From contig CM059438.1 of assembly GCA_030390025.1 (NCBI GenBank), forward strand, positions 57,724,001 to 57,788,000: a stretch of DNA of 64,000 bases, in the 5' to 3' direction. Below the pieces are notes generated by a model that saw only the letters and a list, made by a program, of their open reading frames with translations, made no database searches and had not been told where the DNA came from. A program made the position numbers and the translations under genes. This DNA is from Squalus acanthias. Its lineage: Eukaryota. Shown here piece by piece: positions 12,801-27,800 of the stretch. How positions within the stretch are numbered: the stretch's first letter is position 1; every line of letters begins with the position of its first letter.

Positions 12801-15800
12801 CAAAGTAGCAACTCTGCAGTAGGCTTCTAACAGAGGTGTCCTAAGCTTTAGGATCCTAATGCCCAGTCCTAATGCCCTGGTTCAAGCTCAGTGCTGCCAA
12901 AGACAGCTGACAGGTCTCCATGTCGCAGTAAGCATCTCACTTGACATCTGCCAGTTCCTGAAAGATGATTGCTGAGTCAGTGACTGGTGAGGTGTGCTTC
13001 TAGTCAGTGGAGACACAGTGGACCCAGCAGGTTCTGTCTGCTCTAACCATTACTGGAAGTTCCTTTCATAAGTTATCCAAGATTTCCATGAAGGTGAATC
13101 AAAAAGTAATGGGTACGATGTACTCTGCAAAGATTAAGAACTGAGACTTTCCAAGATCCTGATTAGTGCCTCTCCCCAATGCAGGGTTACATTCATTAGG
13201 ACAGGTTAAAGGTAAATTTTAATTAACGTGTGGACATTCATACAGTCATAACGGCACAAAAGTCCGTACCGGCTCTCTGTAGAGCAATCCAGTCAGTAGT
13301 CAGTCCCATTCCTCCGCTCTATCCCTGTAGCCCTACAAGTTTATTTCCCTCAAGTGCCTATCCAGTCTCCCCTTGAAAACATTGAGTGTCTCCACTGCCA
13401 CCATTTCCGTCGGCAGCGAATTCCAGGTTCTCACCACTCGCTGCGTAAAAAAGTTTTTCCTCACGTCCCCCCTTTATCCCTTGCCCAAAACCTTAAATCT
13501 GTGTCCCCCAGTCCTTGTACCATCAACTAGTGGGAACAGCCTTTCCCCGTCTAGCCTATCCAAACCCGTCATAATCTTGTACACCTCTATCAAATCACTC
13601 CCCCAACCTCCTTTGCTCCAATGAAAACAAATCCAGCTCCTCCAACCTGTCCTTGTAGCTAAGATCCCCCATCCCCGGAACCATTCTGGTAAATCTCCTC
13701 TGCACCCTCTCAAGGGCCTTCACATCCTTCCGAAAGTGTGGCGACCAGAACTGGACGCAATACTCCAGTTGTGGCCTAATCAGCGCTTTATAAAGGTTCA
13801 GCATAACTTCTCTACTTTTGTTTTTAATACCTCTATTTATGAAGCCCAGGATCCCATATGCTTTGTTAACCACTCTCTCAATATGTCCTGCCACCTTCAG
13901 GGACCTATACACATTAACTCCCAGGTCCCTCTGTCCCTGCACACTCTTTAAAACTGTGCCATTAAGTGTATATTGCCTCTCCCTGTTCCTTCTTACAAAA
14001 TGCATCACCTCACACTTCTCTGTATTAAATTCCATCTGCCACTTGTCTGCCCATTCTGCTAGCCTTTCTATGTCCTGTTGCAGTTGATTGATATCATCAT
14101 CACTGTTTGCCACACCCCCAAGTTTGGTGTCATCAGCAAATTTAGAAATTCTACTCTGTATTCCAATATCCAGGTCATTTATATATATCAAAAAAAGCAG
14201 TGGCCCCAGCATTGACCCTTGGGGAACACCACTGTCTACCATCCTCCAGTCTGAAAAACAGCCATTTACCACAACTCGCTGTTTTCTGTCCTTAAGCCAA
14301 TTCTTTATCCAAGCTGCCACTGACCCACCTATTCCATGAGCCTCAATTTTGTTAACCAGCCTTCTATGTGCTACTTTGTCAAACGCCTTCCGAAAATCCA
14401 TGTAGACAACATCCATTGCATTCCCTTCATCAATCCTCTCTGTTACTTCATCAAAAAGTTCAATTAGATTAGTCAAACACGATCTGCCTTTTACAAACCC
14501 GTGTTGGCTCTCCTTAATTAGCTTAAACCTCTCCAAATGCCCGTTAATTTTTTCCTTGATTATTTTTCTAAAACTTTACCCACCACTGACGTTAAACTGA
14601 CCGGCCTGTAGTTACTAGGATTGTCCTTACACCCTTTCTTGAACAATGGTGTCACATTTGCCACTTTCCAATCCTCAGGCACCTCCCCCACATCTAGGGA
14701 AGATTGGAAAATTATGGCAAGCTTTTCCGCTATCTTCTCCCCGAATTCCCTTCACAACCTGGGATGCAAGCCATCTGGACCAGGCGACTTGTCCACTCTA
14801 AGCATACCCAGCCTTTCTAGTACATCCTGTCTATCAATTTTTACCCCTTCCATTGCTTCTACCTTTTCCACTTCTACCGATATTTTGTCAGCATCCACCT
14901 CCTTAGTAAACACCAATACAAAGTACTCATTGAGTATTCCAGCCTTGCCCTGCACCTCTAACCGTATATCACCTACTTTGTCTCTAATAGGCCCCACCCC
15001 GCCTCTTACTACCCGTTTACTGTTTACATGCCGGTAGAAGATTTTTGGGTTCTCTTTTATGTTAACCGCCATTCTACTCTCATATTCTCTCATGTGCAAT
15101 ATTCCTAGAGTATTTCTTTGCTATTTTAAAGGAGCATTTAACCCGTTGTAAATAAGCATCACACAAAAGCATCAGCAATTGTGCACAAATATTGCACACA
15201 GTAAATTACAGGCTATAAAGAAAAGACAAATGAAGAAGAAGAATGATTAGGGGTAAAGGAAAAAACTATGTTAGCAGAAATAATACATTTTTATTAGTTT
15301 TTCAATGCCTATTTAGATTTTGACTAGCTTTATTACTTCAATACACAATGGTTCATTCTAGAAAAAACTTTTCATCAAGTTAATGTAATACTTCAGCAGT
15401 GAGTTATTTGTACTGACCAATCTTCAGTTATAGATGCTCTCGGCCTTCTAAGAATACAAAAAAAAGAACCATTAGAAATACCCTCTAAAAATATTGGCAT
15501 TTTTACTTTCTGTTGAGGTCTCGAGTTTCATCAGCAAGAAACACCAAAAAGTGTGATTTCTGTCAACAACAGTTTGCGTTTAGTCTCTGGTTGTGGCCTC
15601 CTGCCGCTGGCTCTCCCTCCCTGCCGCTGGCTAGGTTGTACATTTGGCCGGCTGCCAGAAGGGAAATGGAACAAAAAATGTTTATGAGGTCCTGTCGTTA
15701 AGTTCGGCAGGACCTCTGTGTTCCCAGACCCCTGCCCGGTTCTTCGACTGTTTTCGGCCTAACCCGTGACCGCTTCACCTCCCTGTAAATATCGTTGCCC

Positions 15801-18800
15801 TGATGTTGGGAACAGTCTGGTCCTATTCAGGTTGTGAACACAATGTGACTAAAAAAATAGAGACAGAGACACAGTCAGTCAGGTCTAGCAAAGTCAGTCA
15901 GGTTTAAAACAGAGCTGCAAGGCCAAGAAAGGGACTTGTATTTATATAACACCATATCATTTCTGTCAATAAACACTTCACGTGAGATGAATTGCTTTCA
16001 ATTGAGTGACTGCTATGGATGAAGTGTCAAGAACAGTTTCCAAATTTAAAAAGCGGGTGAGCTTTTAAACATTCTGTACGGACAATACCAATGTGAGATA
16101 CAAAATCCGAAAAAACTCTGTAGATTCCCTCTGCATAAAGATACAAATATCCCCAAAGGCTGGCTCTGCCAGAAAGTGTATCTGGATAGAGCCAGCCCTT
16201 GAATATCTTTACTGTGTTAGCAACATCTAGCACCGTTGCTACCAGTCACAAAATCCCAATATTAGAATTAATTACCGTGATTTACCAGAAAGTTTGGATT
16301 CTGCATTCCCATTAAATGGGAGGAGAGTCACACATCCTTTATTACTGTATCCTACTTTCTTTGTCACTATCTCAGGTAACCAATAACTTTTCCCTTCCTT
16401 TTTCCACCAATTTTCTCCCCTTGTTGCGCAGTGGTTACAAAGCACTGGACACCACCTACTGCCCCGAATCACTGCTCCATTCCCAAATATCTTTAACTTT
16501 GGGAGTGACTCAGACACTTGGGGGGCATTCCAACTTAAAAAAACGGGTGGGTTTGGAGTGTGGGGGTATTTAATTGTTAAAAAGGGGATTCCCGACCTGA
16601 TCTCACCTCCATCCCACCCACTTCCGGTTTTAATAGAGGTTGGGCGGGGGGCAGGCGACCAACCCACACCCAGGGGGCGGAACGTCAGTTTAATATTATA
16701 ATGAGGCTGGAAGCCTCTTTTATAACCTCCATATTGTTTTCAATTGCATGTGGACGGGCTTCACACAATTCGTGAAAACCGGGAGTTAAAGCAAGATGGG
16801 GACGACTGGATCCAGGAGGTAAGTGGGTTTACACCTACCTCCTGGATCCAGGGCCTCTACCTAACCCAGGCCCCGCGTTCGGAGATCGAGCTGGAAGGGG
16901 AAAGAGAGGACTGGGGATCGCCTTCCCAGGTCTCACCCACACACCCAGGTCTTCCCCCGCAATGGTGATGCTGAGGGCGGCCACTATTCTCCAGTGGCCG
17001 AACACAATCGTCTCTCTCCTGCCCCACCCGTCTCTCCCTGATCTGTACCCCAAAGCTTCCCCCACCCCGATCCTCTCTCCCCACCGCACCTCTGCCTGAT
17101 CACCCCCCCGATCCTTTCCCGGCCAAATCCCCGATCGCTGGCCAATCAACCATTCGATTCTTTCAATGGTCCATGATCCTCTCTCCCCACCCATTCCATT
17201 GCCTGGCCCCGATCCCTGGTCCTCTCCACCTCCCCCTAGATCCATTGCCAGGCCCCGGTCCTCTCTGCCCCGCTCACGCGAATCCATTGCCCGGCCCCCG
17301 GTCTTCTCTTCCCCCCCACCTCGCCAATCCATTGCCCGGTCCAGCCCTCACTCAAACGCGTATTCCTTGCTCTGTGCGGCCACAGGCCTATCCCCTGCAG
17401 CCAGCCAGCCTCTCAATCTGGCTGGCTGCGGGATGGAAACCGAGGCCTCACAGGCAAATCATGCCCTGCCTTTAAAGTCGGCAGGGCCTACGGGAACCCC
17501 GGCCTCCTGGGTTTCCCGACCACATTGGAGCATACCTACAACCCCAACATGCCTTCTTCCAGAAAATTCCAGCCTTTGATTGGGATCAAAAAGTGGTTTC
17601 CTGATTTCTTTAATGTACTGGAATGAATAAATAGTTTGTCTCAGGAAAGGTACTGTAATAATAGAGCAAACTGTGTGTGTTGTACTCACGGCACTGAACT
17701 TGAAGAACTCGGATACACCCTGAACAAACAGAAACAACAAATCATTAACTGTGATGCTGGGATTTCTCACTTCAGTTTTTAATAATTTTACTTCAAGATT
17801 TTCATAACAGTCAAAATATAATTTAAACTATAGAGGCCAATAAAACAGAAAGAAAAATCCCCACAACATAACAAGTTCCAAAGAGTGACCCTAGTCATGG
17901 TTACAGATAAATTAGCATTGAAACATCCAGGGTTAACATGAACTCTGCAGCAAAAGCACACACACGAAAGGGAAACCCAAGAAACCTCGGGTAGAAATTT
18001 CCCTAGAGGGTCATTTGGGGCGTTAAGTCAAAAATGTTTGAAAAGTTAGCAACAGGCGCAAACCTTGTCAAACTTTTGAGAAATTCCCATTTTTTGATCT
18101 AAGAGGGAAGTGGAGCGCTAAATCAAGCTATCAACTTGCCTCTTGGAGCGCAAGAGGTGGGAAATGTCCCGATCCGGAGCGATGTGCTCAGCAGCGCCCC
18201 GAGTGGCCACGCATGGCGCTGCCGCGTTGCAGGGGCTCCTCCCTCAATTAAAGGGAAGGACTCCCCGCTGCGAGCTCTGCATTTTTTTTCGCACCTGCTG
18301 GAACACCGGGTGTGCTGCGTGATAAGCCCAGCACTCAAACACATTTTTTTTTTTAAATCAGCGATTTTTTTCATGTCGGACGGCCACCGCGCCTTTAAAT
18401 GGTGCCCTGCGAGTGGCCGGCCTCAGTGTTCGCAACCCCTGCAGCAGTCGGTAATATCGCCCGGCGCTGCTGCGGGGCGTGAGGAGGAATTTTTCTCCTG
18501 AGGCGCTACCGGGACGCTGCGCCAGGAGATGACATCATGATCTCCGGGTGCAGAAGATCGGGGCGATACCCGGTAGCGCCACAGCTAATATTTCCACGGG
18601 AGTCACGGTTATCGCCTCGGGGTGGGGCAAAAAGCCATTTACCCCCCGTTAGCGCCTCCCACTGGAGGGACAAAGGAGCGGCATTTCGCCCCCCTACTCT
18701 CTTATGAGATTCCCACTTGATCCTAAAAAAACATTTTCTGAAGTCCTTTTTATTTTTCATCCCTCCACTTGGTTTCCCACTCTTGCACAGTATAAAAGAC

Positions 18801-21800
18801 CACTGCCTGTGTCAACACATCAGTTCATTTTCATCCAAAGTAGCAAAAGGAATAAAAAAAACTATTGTGTACAACCCCTGCTAGACCTAAGGGCGTATTC
18901 CTGGGTGCGAGAGCAGTGTTTAAAGAATGTCTGTTGAAGAACAAAGAAAATCAAACAAGATAGGTAATCTTTTCTTACTTCTTCATTTGGCTTCATCCAC
19001 ATCACTACTGGCCTGTCGTGCCCAGGAGGAGGGGTAGTGAGGTGTCACAAGTATGTTAAAGAGTAAAAGATCATTTATTTCCTACGCTTGAGTCTTCTCA
19101 TGTCCCCCAAGCCCATGACAATCAGCACAAAGTAGCAACTCTGCAGTAGGCTTCTAACAGAGGTGTCCTAAGGTTTAGGATCCTAATGCCCAGTCCTAAT
19201 GCCCTGATTCAAGCTCAGTGCTGCCAAAGACAGCTGACAGGTCTCCACTTCGCAGTAAGCATCTCACTTGACATCTGTCAATTCCTGAAAAATGATTGCT
19301 GAGTCAGTGACTGGTGAGGTGTGCTTCCAGTCAGTGGAGACACAGTGGACCCAGCAGGTATTGTCTGCTCTGACCATTACTGGAAGTTGCTTTCATAAGT
19401 TATCCAATATTTCATAGAGTCATAACGGCACAGAAGGAGGCCATTCGGCCCATCGAGTCCGTGCTGGCTCTCTGTAGAGTAATCCAGTTTTTCCTCACAT
19501 CCCCCTGTATCTCTTGCCCAAAACCTTAAATCTGTGTCTCCTAGTCCTTGTACTATCAACTCGTGGGAACAGCCTTTCCCCATCTAGCCTATCCAAACCC
19601 CCATCCCCAGAACCTTTCTGGTAAATCTCCTCTGCACCCTCTCAAGGGCCTTCACATCCTTCCTAAAGTGTGGTGACCAGAACTGGACGCAATACTCCAG
19701 ATGTGGCCTAACCAGCGCTTTATAAAGGTTCAGCATAACTTCCCTACTTTTGTTCTCAATACCTCTATTTATGAAGCCCAAGATCCCAAATGCTTTGTTG
19801 ACCACTCTCTCAATATATCCTGCCAACTTGAGGGACCTATACACATTAACTCCCAGGTCCCTCTGTCCCTTCACACTCTTTAGAATGATGCCATTAAGTG
19901 TATATTGCCTCTCCCTGTTCCTTCTGCCAAAATGCATCACCTCACACTTCTCTGTATTAAATTCCATCTGCCACTTGTCTGCCCATTCTGCTAGCCTTTC
20001 TATGTCCTGTTGCAGTCGATTGGTATCATCCTCACTGTTTGCCACACCCCCAAGTTTGGTGTCATCAGCAAATTTAGAAATTCTACTCTGTATTCCAATA
20101 TCCAGGTCATTTATATGTATCAAAAAAAGCAGTGGCCCCAGCACTGACCCTTGGGGAACACCACTGTCTACCATCCTCCAGTCTGAAAAACAGCCATTTA
20201 CCACAACTAGCTGTTTTCTGTCCTTAAGCCATTTATTTTATCCAAGCTGCCACTGACCCACCTATTCCATGAGCCTCAATTTTGTTAACCAGCCTTCTAT
20301 GTGCTACTTTGCCAAATGCCTTCCGAATATCCATGTAGACAACATCCATTGCATTCCCTTCATCAATCCTCTCTGTTACTTCATCAAAAAATTCAATTAG
20401 ATTAGTCAAACACAATCTTTTACAGCCTTTTACAAACCCATGTTGGCTCTCCTTAATTAGCTTAAACCTCTCCAAGTGCCTATTAATTTTTTTCTTGATT
20501 ATTGTTTCTAAAACTTTACCCACCACTGATGTTAAACTGACCGGCCTGTAGTTACTAGGATTGTCCTTACACCCTTTCTTGAACAATGGTGTCACATTTG
20601 CCACTTTCCAATCCTCACACACCTCCCCGCATCTAGGGAAGATTGGAAAATTATGGCAAGCCCTTCTGCTATTTCTTCCCCCAATTCCCTTAGCAACCTG
20701 GGATGCAAGCCATCTGGACCAGGCGACTTGTCCACTCTAAGCATACCCAGCCTTTCTAGTACATGCTGTCTATCAATTTTTACCCCTTCCATTGCTTCTA
20801 CCTTTTCCACTTCTACCGATATTTTGTCAGCATCCACCTCATTAGTAAACACTAATACAAAGTACTCATTGATTATTCTAGCCTTGCCCTGCGCATCTAA
20901 GCATATATCACCTTCTTTGTCTCTAATAGGCCCCACCCCGCCTCTTACTACCCGCTTACTGTTTACATGCTGGTAGAAGATTTTTGGGTTCCCTTTTATG
21001 TTAACCACCATTCTACTCTCATATTCTCTCTTTGTCAATCTTACTTTCATCTTCACATCCCCTCTCAACTTATTGTATTTGGTCTAGTTCTCCCTTGAAA
21101 AATTCACCTGACATGCATCATACACCCTCTTTTTTTGTTTCATCATCTTCTCTATCTCCCTCGTTATCCAAGCAGCCCTTGCTTTGGTTCCCTTACCCTT
21201 CCCTCTTGTTGGAATGTACCTAACCTGTACTTGGAACATCTCCTCCTTAAAGATCACCCATTGTTCCGTTACAGTTTCTCCTGTCAGTCTTTGGTTCCAT
21301 TTTATCTGGCTAGATACTTTCGCATCCCATTGAAGTTAGCCCTATTCCAGTTTAGAAGTTCCACTCTAGATTGTTCCTTGCTCCTCTCCATTATTAATCT
21401 AAATCTTATGATACGATGATCGCTCACACCCAAGTGTTCTCCCACAGACACTTGGTCGACCTGGCCCACCTCATTCCCCAGCACCAGATCCAGCAATGCC
21501 TCCTTCCTAGTTGGGCCAAGAACATATTGGTCAAGGAAATTTTCCTGAACACATTTCAGAAATTCCTCCCCCTCCTTTCCCTTTACCCTAGCATTATCCC
21601 AATCGATGTTTGGGTAATTAAAGTCCCCCAATATTACCATTCTATAGCTCTTGTATATCTCTGCAATTTTCCTGCAGATTTGCTCCTCTACCTCCCTCTC
21701 ACTATTTGGAGGCCTATAGAATATCCCAAATAGCGTGATCATACACTTTTTGCTCCTCAACTCTAACCAAATGAATTCTGTCCTTGTCCCCTCAAGAACA

Positions 21801-24800
21801 TCCTCCCTTTCCAACACTACAATGTCTTCCTTAATCAGCACTGCCACCGCACCTCCCTTTTTTCCTTCCCTATCTTTTCTGAACACCTTGTACCCTTGAA
21901 TATTAAGTGCCCAGTCCTCACCACTTGTAAGCCACCTTTCCGTTATTGCCACAACATCATATTGCCACACGGCTAATTGTGCTTGTAGCTCACACAACCT
22001 TATTCACCACACTTTGTGCGTTTACGTACATGCATTCTAAACCCATTTTTGAATTTTTCGTAGTCTTTCTTAGTCTGCTCCTATCTAATATGTTTCTACT
22101 ACCGCCTCTAGAACATAAGATGTAGGAGTAGGTCATTTGGCCCCTCGAGCCTGCTCCGCCATTCAATAAGATCATGGCTGATCTGATCTTGGCCTCAACT
22201 CCACTTCCCTGCCTGCTCCCCATAACCCTTGACTCCCTTACCTTTCAAAAATCTGTTTATCTCCACCTTAACTATATATTCAATGACCCAGCCTCCACAG
22301 CTCTCTGGGGAAGAGAATTCCAACGACTCATGACTGAGAGAAGAAATTCCTCCTCATTTCCAATTTAAAAGGGTGCCCCCTTATTCTGAAATTATGCCCC
22401 CCTAGTTCTAGATTCCCCCACGACGGGAAACATCCTCTCTGCATCTACCCTATCAAGCCCCTTCAGAATCTTATATGTTTCAATAAGATCCCCTCTCATT
22501 CTTCTAAACTCCAATGAGTATAGGCCCAACCTGCTCAACCTTTCTTCATAAGACAACCCCTTCATCTCTGGAATCAACCTCGTGAACCTTCTCTGAACTG
22601 CCTCCAGTGCAAGTATATCTTTCCTTAAATAAGGAGACCAAAACTGTACGCAGTACTCCAGGTGTGGTCTCACCAACAGTAGTAATAGAACTTCCCTACT
22701 TTTATACTCCATTCCCTTTGCAATAAAGGCCAACATTCCATTTGCCTTCCTAATTACTTGCTGTACCTACATGCTAACCTTTTGTGATTCATGTACAAGG
22801 ACCCCCAGATCCCTCTGTACCTCAGCATTTTGTAATCTCTCCCCATTTAAATAATAATTTGCTTTTTTATTTTTCCTACCAAAGTGGATAACCTCACATT
22901 TTCCCACATTAAACTCCATCTGCCAGATTTTTGCTCACTCACTTAGCCTATCTATATCCATTTGGAGATTCGTTGCGTCCTCCACACAATTTGCTTTCCC
23001 ACCTATCTTTGTATCATCAGCAAATTTAGCTACATTACACTCAGTCCCTTCATCCAAGTCATTAATATAGATTGTAAATAGTTGAGGCCCCAGCACTGAT
23101 CCCTGCGGCACCCCACTAGTTACAGTTTGCAAACCTGAAAATGACCCATTTATCCCGACTCTCTGTTTTCTGTTAGTTAGCCAATCCTCTATCCATGCTA
23201 ATATATTACCCCCAACCCCGTGAGCTCTTATCTTGTGTAGTAACCTTTTATGTGGCACCTTATCGAATGCCTTCTGGAAATCCAAATACGCGATATCTAC
23301 TGGTTCCCCTTTATCCACCCTGCTCGTTACATCCTCAAAGAACTCCAGCAAATTTGTCAAACATGATTTCCCTTTCATAAAACCATGCTGACTCTGCTTG
23401 ACTATATTATGATTTTCTAAATGTCCTGCTACCACTTACTTAATGATGGACTCCAGCATTTTCCTAATGACAGATGTTAGTCCAACTGGTCGATAGTTGC
23501 CTGCTTTTTGTCTCCCTCCTTTCTTAAATAGGGGCGTTACATTTGCGGTTTTCCAGTCTGCTGGGACCTCTCCAGAATCCAGGGAATTTTGGTAGATTAC
23601 AACCAATGCATCTACTATCTCTGCAGCCACCTCTTTTAAGGCTCTAGGATGCAGGCCATCGTGTCCAGGGGACTTGTCCACCTTTAGTCCCATTAGTTTG
23701 CCTAGTACTCTCTCTCTAGTGATAGTGATTGTTTTAAGTTTTCCCCCCCACCCCAATAGCCCCTTGATTATCCATTATTGGGATGCTTTTAGCGTCTTCT
23801 ACTGTGAAGACCGATACAAAATATTTGTTCAAAGTCTCCGCCATTTCCCTGTTTCCCATTATTAATTCCCCAGACTCATCCTCTAGTACTATCTTCTCTA
23901 GTACTATCCCACACAATCACTCTTTTATGCACCTTATTCCTCTTTTCTACTCCTATATGCTGGTGCCCATCCCCCTGCCAAGCTAGTTTAAACCCTCCCC
24001 AACAGCACTAACAAACCTCCCCGCGAGAATATTCGTTCCGGCTCTGTTGAGGTGTAACCTGTCCGGCTTGTACAGGTCCCACCTTCCCCGAAAACAGTCC
24101 CAATGCCTCAGGAATCTAAAGCCCTCCCTCCTGCACCATCTCTCCAGCCATGCATTCATCTGTTCTATCCTCCTATTTCTGTACTCACGCACGTGGCACC
24201 GGGAGTAATCCGGAGATTACTACCTTTGAGGACCTGCTTTTTAATCTCTCTCCTAGCTCCCCAAACTCTGCCTGCAGGTCCTCATCCCTCTTTCTGCCTA
24301 TGTCGTTGGTACCGATATGGACAACGACCTGTGGCTGTTCACCCTCCCCCCTCAGAGTGTCCTGCAGCCGCTCAGTGACATCCTTGACCCTGGCACCAGG
24401 GAGGCAACATACCATCCTGGAGTCACGTCTACGGCCGCAGAAACGCCTGTCTGCTCCCCTAACTATCGAATCTCCTACTGCTATTGCTCTTCCAGTCTTC
24501 TTCCTCCCCCACTGTGCAGCTGAGCCACCCATGGTGCCGTGGACTTGACTCTGGCTGCACTCCCCAGAGGAACCATCGCCCTCACCAGTACTCAGAACAG
24601 AATATTGGTTGGAGAGCGCGATGCACTCCGGGGACTCCTGCACTACCTGCCTGGTCCTCCTCTTCTGTCTGGAGGTGAATCAAAAAGTAATGGGTACGAT
24701 GTACTCTGCAAAGATTAAGGACTGAGATCTTTCCAAGATCCTGAGTACTGCCTCTCCCTCAATGCAGGGTTACATTCATTAGGACAGATTAATTGTAAAT

Positions 24801-27800
24801 TTGAATTAATGTGTGGTCATTCATGTGCAATATTCCTATGGTATTTCTTTGCTATTTTAAAGGAGCATTTAACCTGTTGTAAATAAGCATCACACAAAAG
24901 CATTAGCAATTGTGCACTAATATTGCACACAGTAAATTACAGGCTATAAATAAAAGACAAATGAAGAAGAAGAAATATTAGGGGTAAAAGAAAAACTAGG
25001 TTAGCAAAAATAATATATTTTTATTAGTTTTTCAATGCCTATTTAGATTTTGACTAGCTTTATTATTTCAATACACAATGGATCATTCTAGACAGAACTT
25101 TTCATCAAGTTATTGTAATACTTCAGCAGTGAGTTTTTTGTACTGACCGATCTTCCGTTAAAGATGCTCTCGGTCTTCTAAGAGTACAAAAAAAAGAACC
25201 ATTAGAAATACCCTCTAAAAACATTGGCATTTTTACTTTATGTAGAGGACACAAGTTTTATCAGCAAGATACACCAAAAAGTGTGATTTCTGTCAACAAC
25301 AGTTGCATTTAGTCTCTGGTTGTGGACCTGATCCCGCCTCCATCCCGTCCACTTCCGGTTTTAATGGAGGCGGGATGGGGGTCGGGTGATGAACCCGCTC
25401 CCAGTGGGCGGAATGTCAATTTAATATTATAATGAGGCTGGAAGCCTCTTTTTTAAACTCGATTTTGTTGTCAACTGCATGTGGACTGGTTTCACAGAAT
25501 TCGTGAAACCCGGCAGTTAAAGCAAGACGGGGACTGCTGGATCCAGGAGGTAAGTGGCTTTATACCCAGCTCCTGGATCCAGGGTCGCTACCTGAGCCAT
25601 CCCACTTGATCGGAGATCGGGGCGGGGTGGGGGAGTGAAAGAGACGACTGAGGATTGCCTTCCCAGGCCTCCACCCCCCGAACTCTCTGATCACCTCCCC
25701 AGGCCTCCCCGCTACCTCCTGGCCTTCCCCACCAACAATGATTCTGAGGGCGGCCACGATCCTCCAGTGGCCGGACACGATTTTCTCTCTCCCGCACCCC
25801 CCAGCTCTGCCTGACCTCCCCTGCAATGTTTCCCCCGGCTCTGTACCCGATCCTCTCTTCCCCGCCCATCTCTGCCCGACCTTCCCCACGATCCTTTTAA
25901 CAGCGCGGCCCGATCCCCAATCGCTGGTCGACCACGCCACCCCCAACCCCTCCGATCCATTGCCCAACCCCCAGTCCTCTCACCCCCCAACCCCTCCGAT
26001 CCATTGCCCAACCCCCAGTCCTCTCACCCCCCAACCCCTCCGATCCATTGCCCAACCCCCAGTCCTCTCACCCCCCAACCCCTCCGATCCATTGCCCAAC
26101 CCCCAGTCCTCTCACCCCCCAACCCCTCCGATCCATTGCCCAATCCCCAGTCCTCTCACCCCCAACCCCTCCGATCCATTGCCCAACCCCCAGTCCTCTC
26201 ACCCCCAACCCCTCCGATCCATTGCCCAACCCCCAGTCCTCTCACCCCCAACCCCTCCGATCCATTGCCCAACCCCCAGTCCTCTCACCCCCAACCCCTC
26301 CGATCCATTGCCCAACCCCCAGTCCTCTCACCCCCCAACCCCTCTGATCCATTGCCCAACCCCCAGTCCTCTCACCCCCAAACCCTCTGATCCATTGCCC
26401 AACCCCCAGTCCCCTCACCCCCAACCCCTCTGATCCATTGCCCAACCCCCAGTCCTCTCACCCCCAAACCCTCCGATCCATTGCCCAACCCCCCAGTCCC
26501 CTCACCCCCAACCCCTCTGATCCATTGCCCAACCCCCAGACCTCTCACCCCCAAACCCTCCGATCCATTGCCCAACCCCCAGTCCTCACTTAAACTCTCT
26601 TTTCGTGTTCTGTGCGGCCGCAGGCCTACCCCCTGCAGCCAGCCAGCCTCTCAATCTGGCTGGCTGCGGGCGGGAAAGCGAGGTCTCACTTGCAAATCGT
26701 GCCCTGCCGTTAAAGTCGGCAGGGTCTGCGGGAACCCGGCCTCCCGACCACATTGGATCATCCCACCACCGCCAACACGCCTTCCTCCAGAAAATTCCAG
26801 CCTTTGATTGGGGTCAAAAAGTGGGTTGCTGATTTCTTTAATGTACTGGAATTAATAAATAATTTGTCTCAGGAAAGGTACTGTAATCATAGAGCAAACT
26901 GTGTGTGTTGTACTCACTGCACTGGACTTGAAGAACTCGGATACACCCTGAAGAAACAAAAACAGCAAATCATTAACTGTGATGCTGGGATTTCTCATAT
27001 CAGTTTTTGATAATTTGACTTCAAGATTTTTGTAACAGTCAAAATATAATTTAAACTATAGAGGCCAATAAAACAGAAAGAAAAAACCCCACAACATAAC
27101 AAGTTCCAAATAGTGACCCTAGTCATTGTTACAGATAAAGAAGCATTGAAACATCCAGGGTTAACATGGAACCCTCTGCACAAAAAGCAAACAAAAGAAA
27201 GGAAAACCCAAGAAACCTCGGTGGAGAAGTTCACTATCGCCCCGTTTAGGGCGCTAATTTTTAAAAGTTTGAAAAGTTAGCGCCAGGTGCTAATGATTTC
27301 AAACTTTTGAAAAATGCGCCGTTTGTGCTCGAAGTAGCAAATGGAGCGCTAAATCAAGCATACCTCTTCTTTCTTGGAGCGCAATCGGCAGCTGGCTGGA
27401 CAGAGACTTCAGCAGCGCTGCACACTGGGCCGTGTAGCGTTGCCATGTTCAAAGGCTCCTTCCCTCCCTTAAAGGGAAGGGCCATCGCTGCAGGATCTGC
27501 AATATAAAATGTATCTACCTGGACCACCAAGGCAGTCGCGATCCCACGCGATTAGCCCTGCACTCAAGCAGAGTGCTGGGCTGATCGATCACGGGCAGGA
27601 ACCCATGAAAAAAATTGGAACAAGAAAGGTAAGGTTTTTTTACTTACCTCGGACACCCCGCCTTTAATCATCGCCCCCGAAGCGGCCGGCCGCCCGATGC
27701 ATGCTTCCTGCTGCTGTCGGTGTTTTCGACCGGCGCGGCTGCAGGGGGCGGAAGTCAATTTCGGGTCCGGGGCGCTACCGGGACGATGCACATGGTGATG

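Noticed and set aside
25738..26433. 231-aa Pro-rich ORF and overlapping ORFs
   Set aside because: These are translations of the C-rich minisatellite, open in several frames; the same applies to the Pro/Gly-rich ORFs in M1 MITEs.
25941..26587. CRISPR-like array
   Set aside because: Head-to-tail repeats without unique spacers, no cas genes, eukaryotic context.
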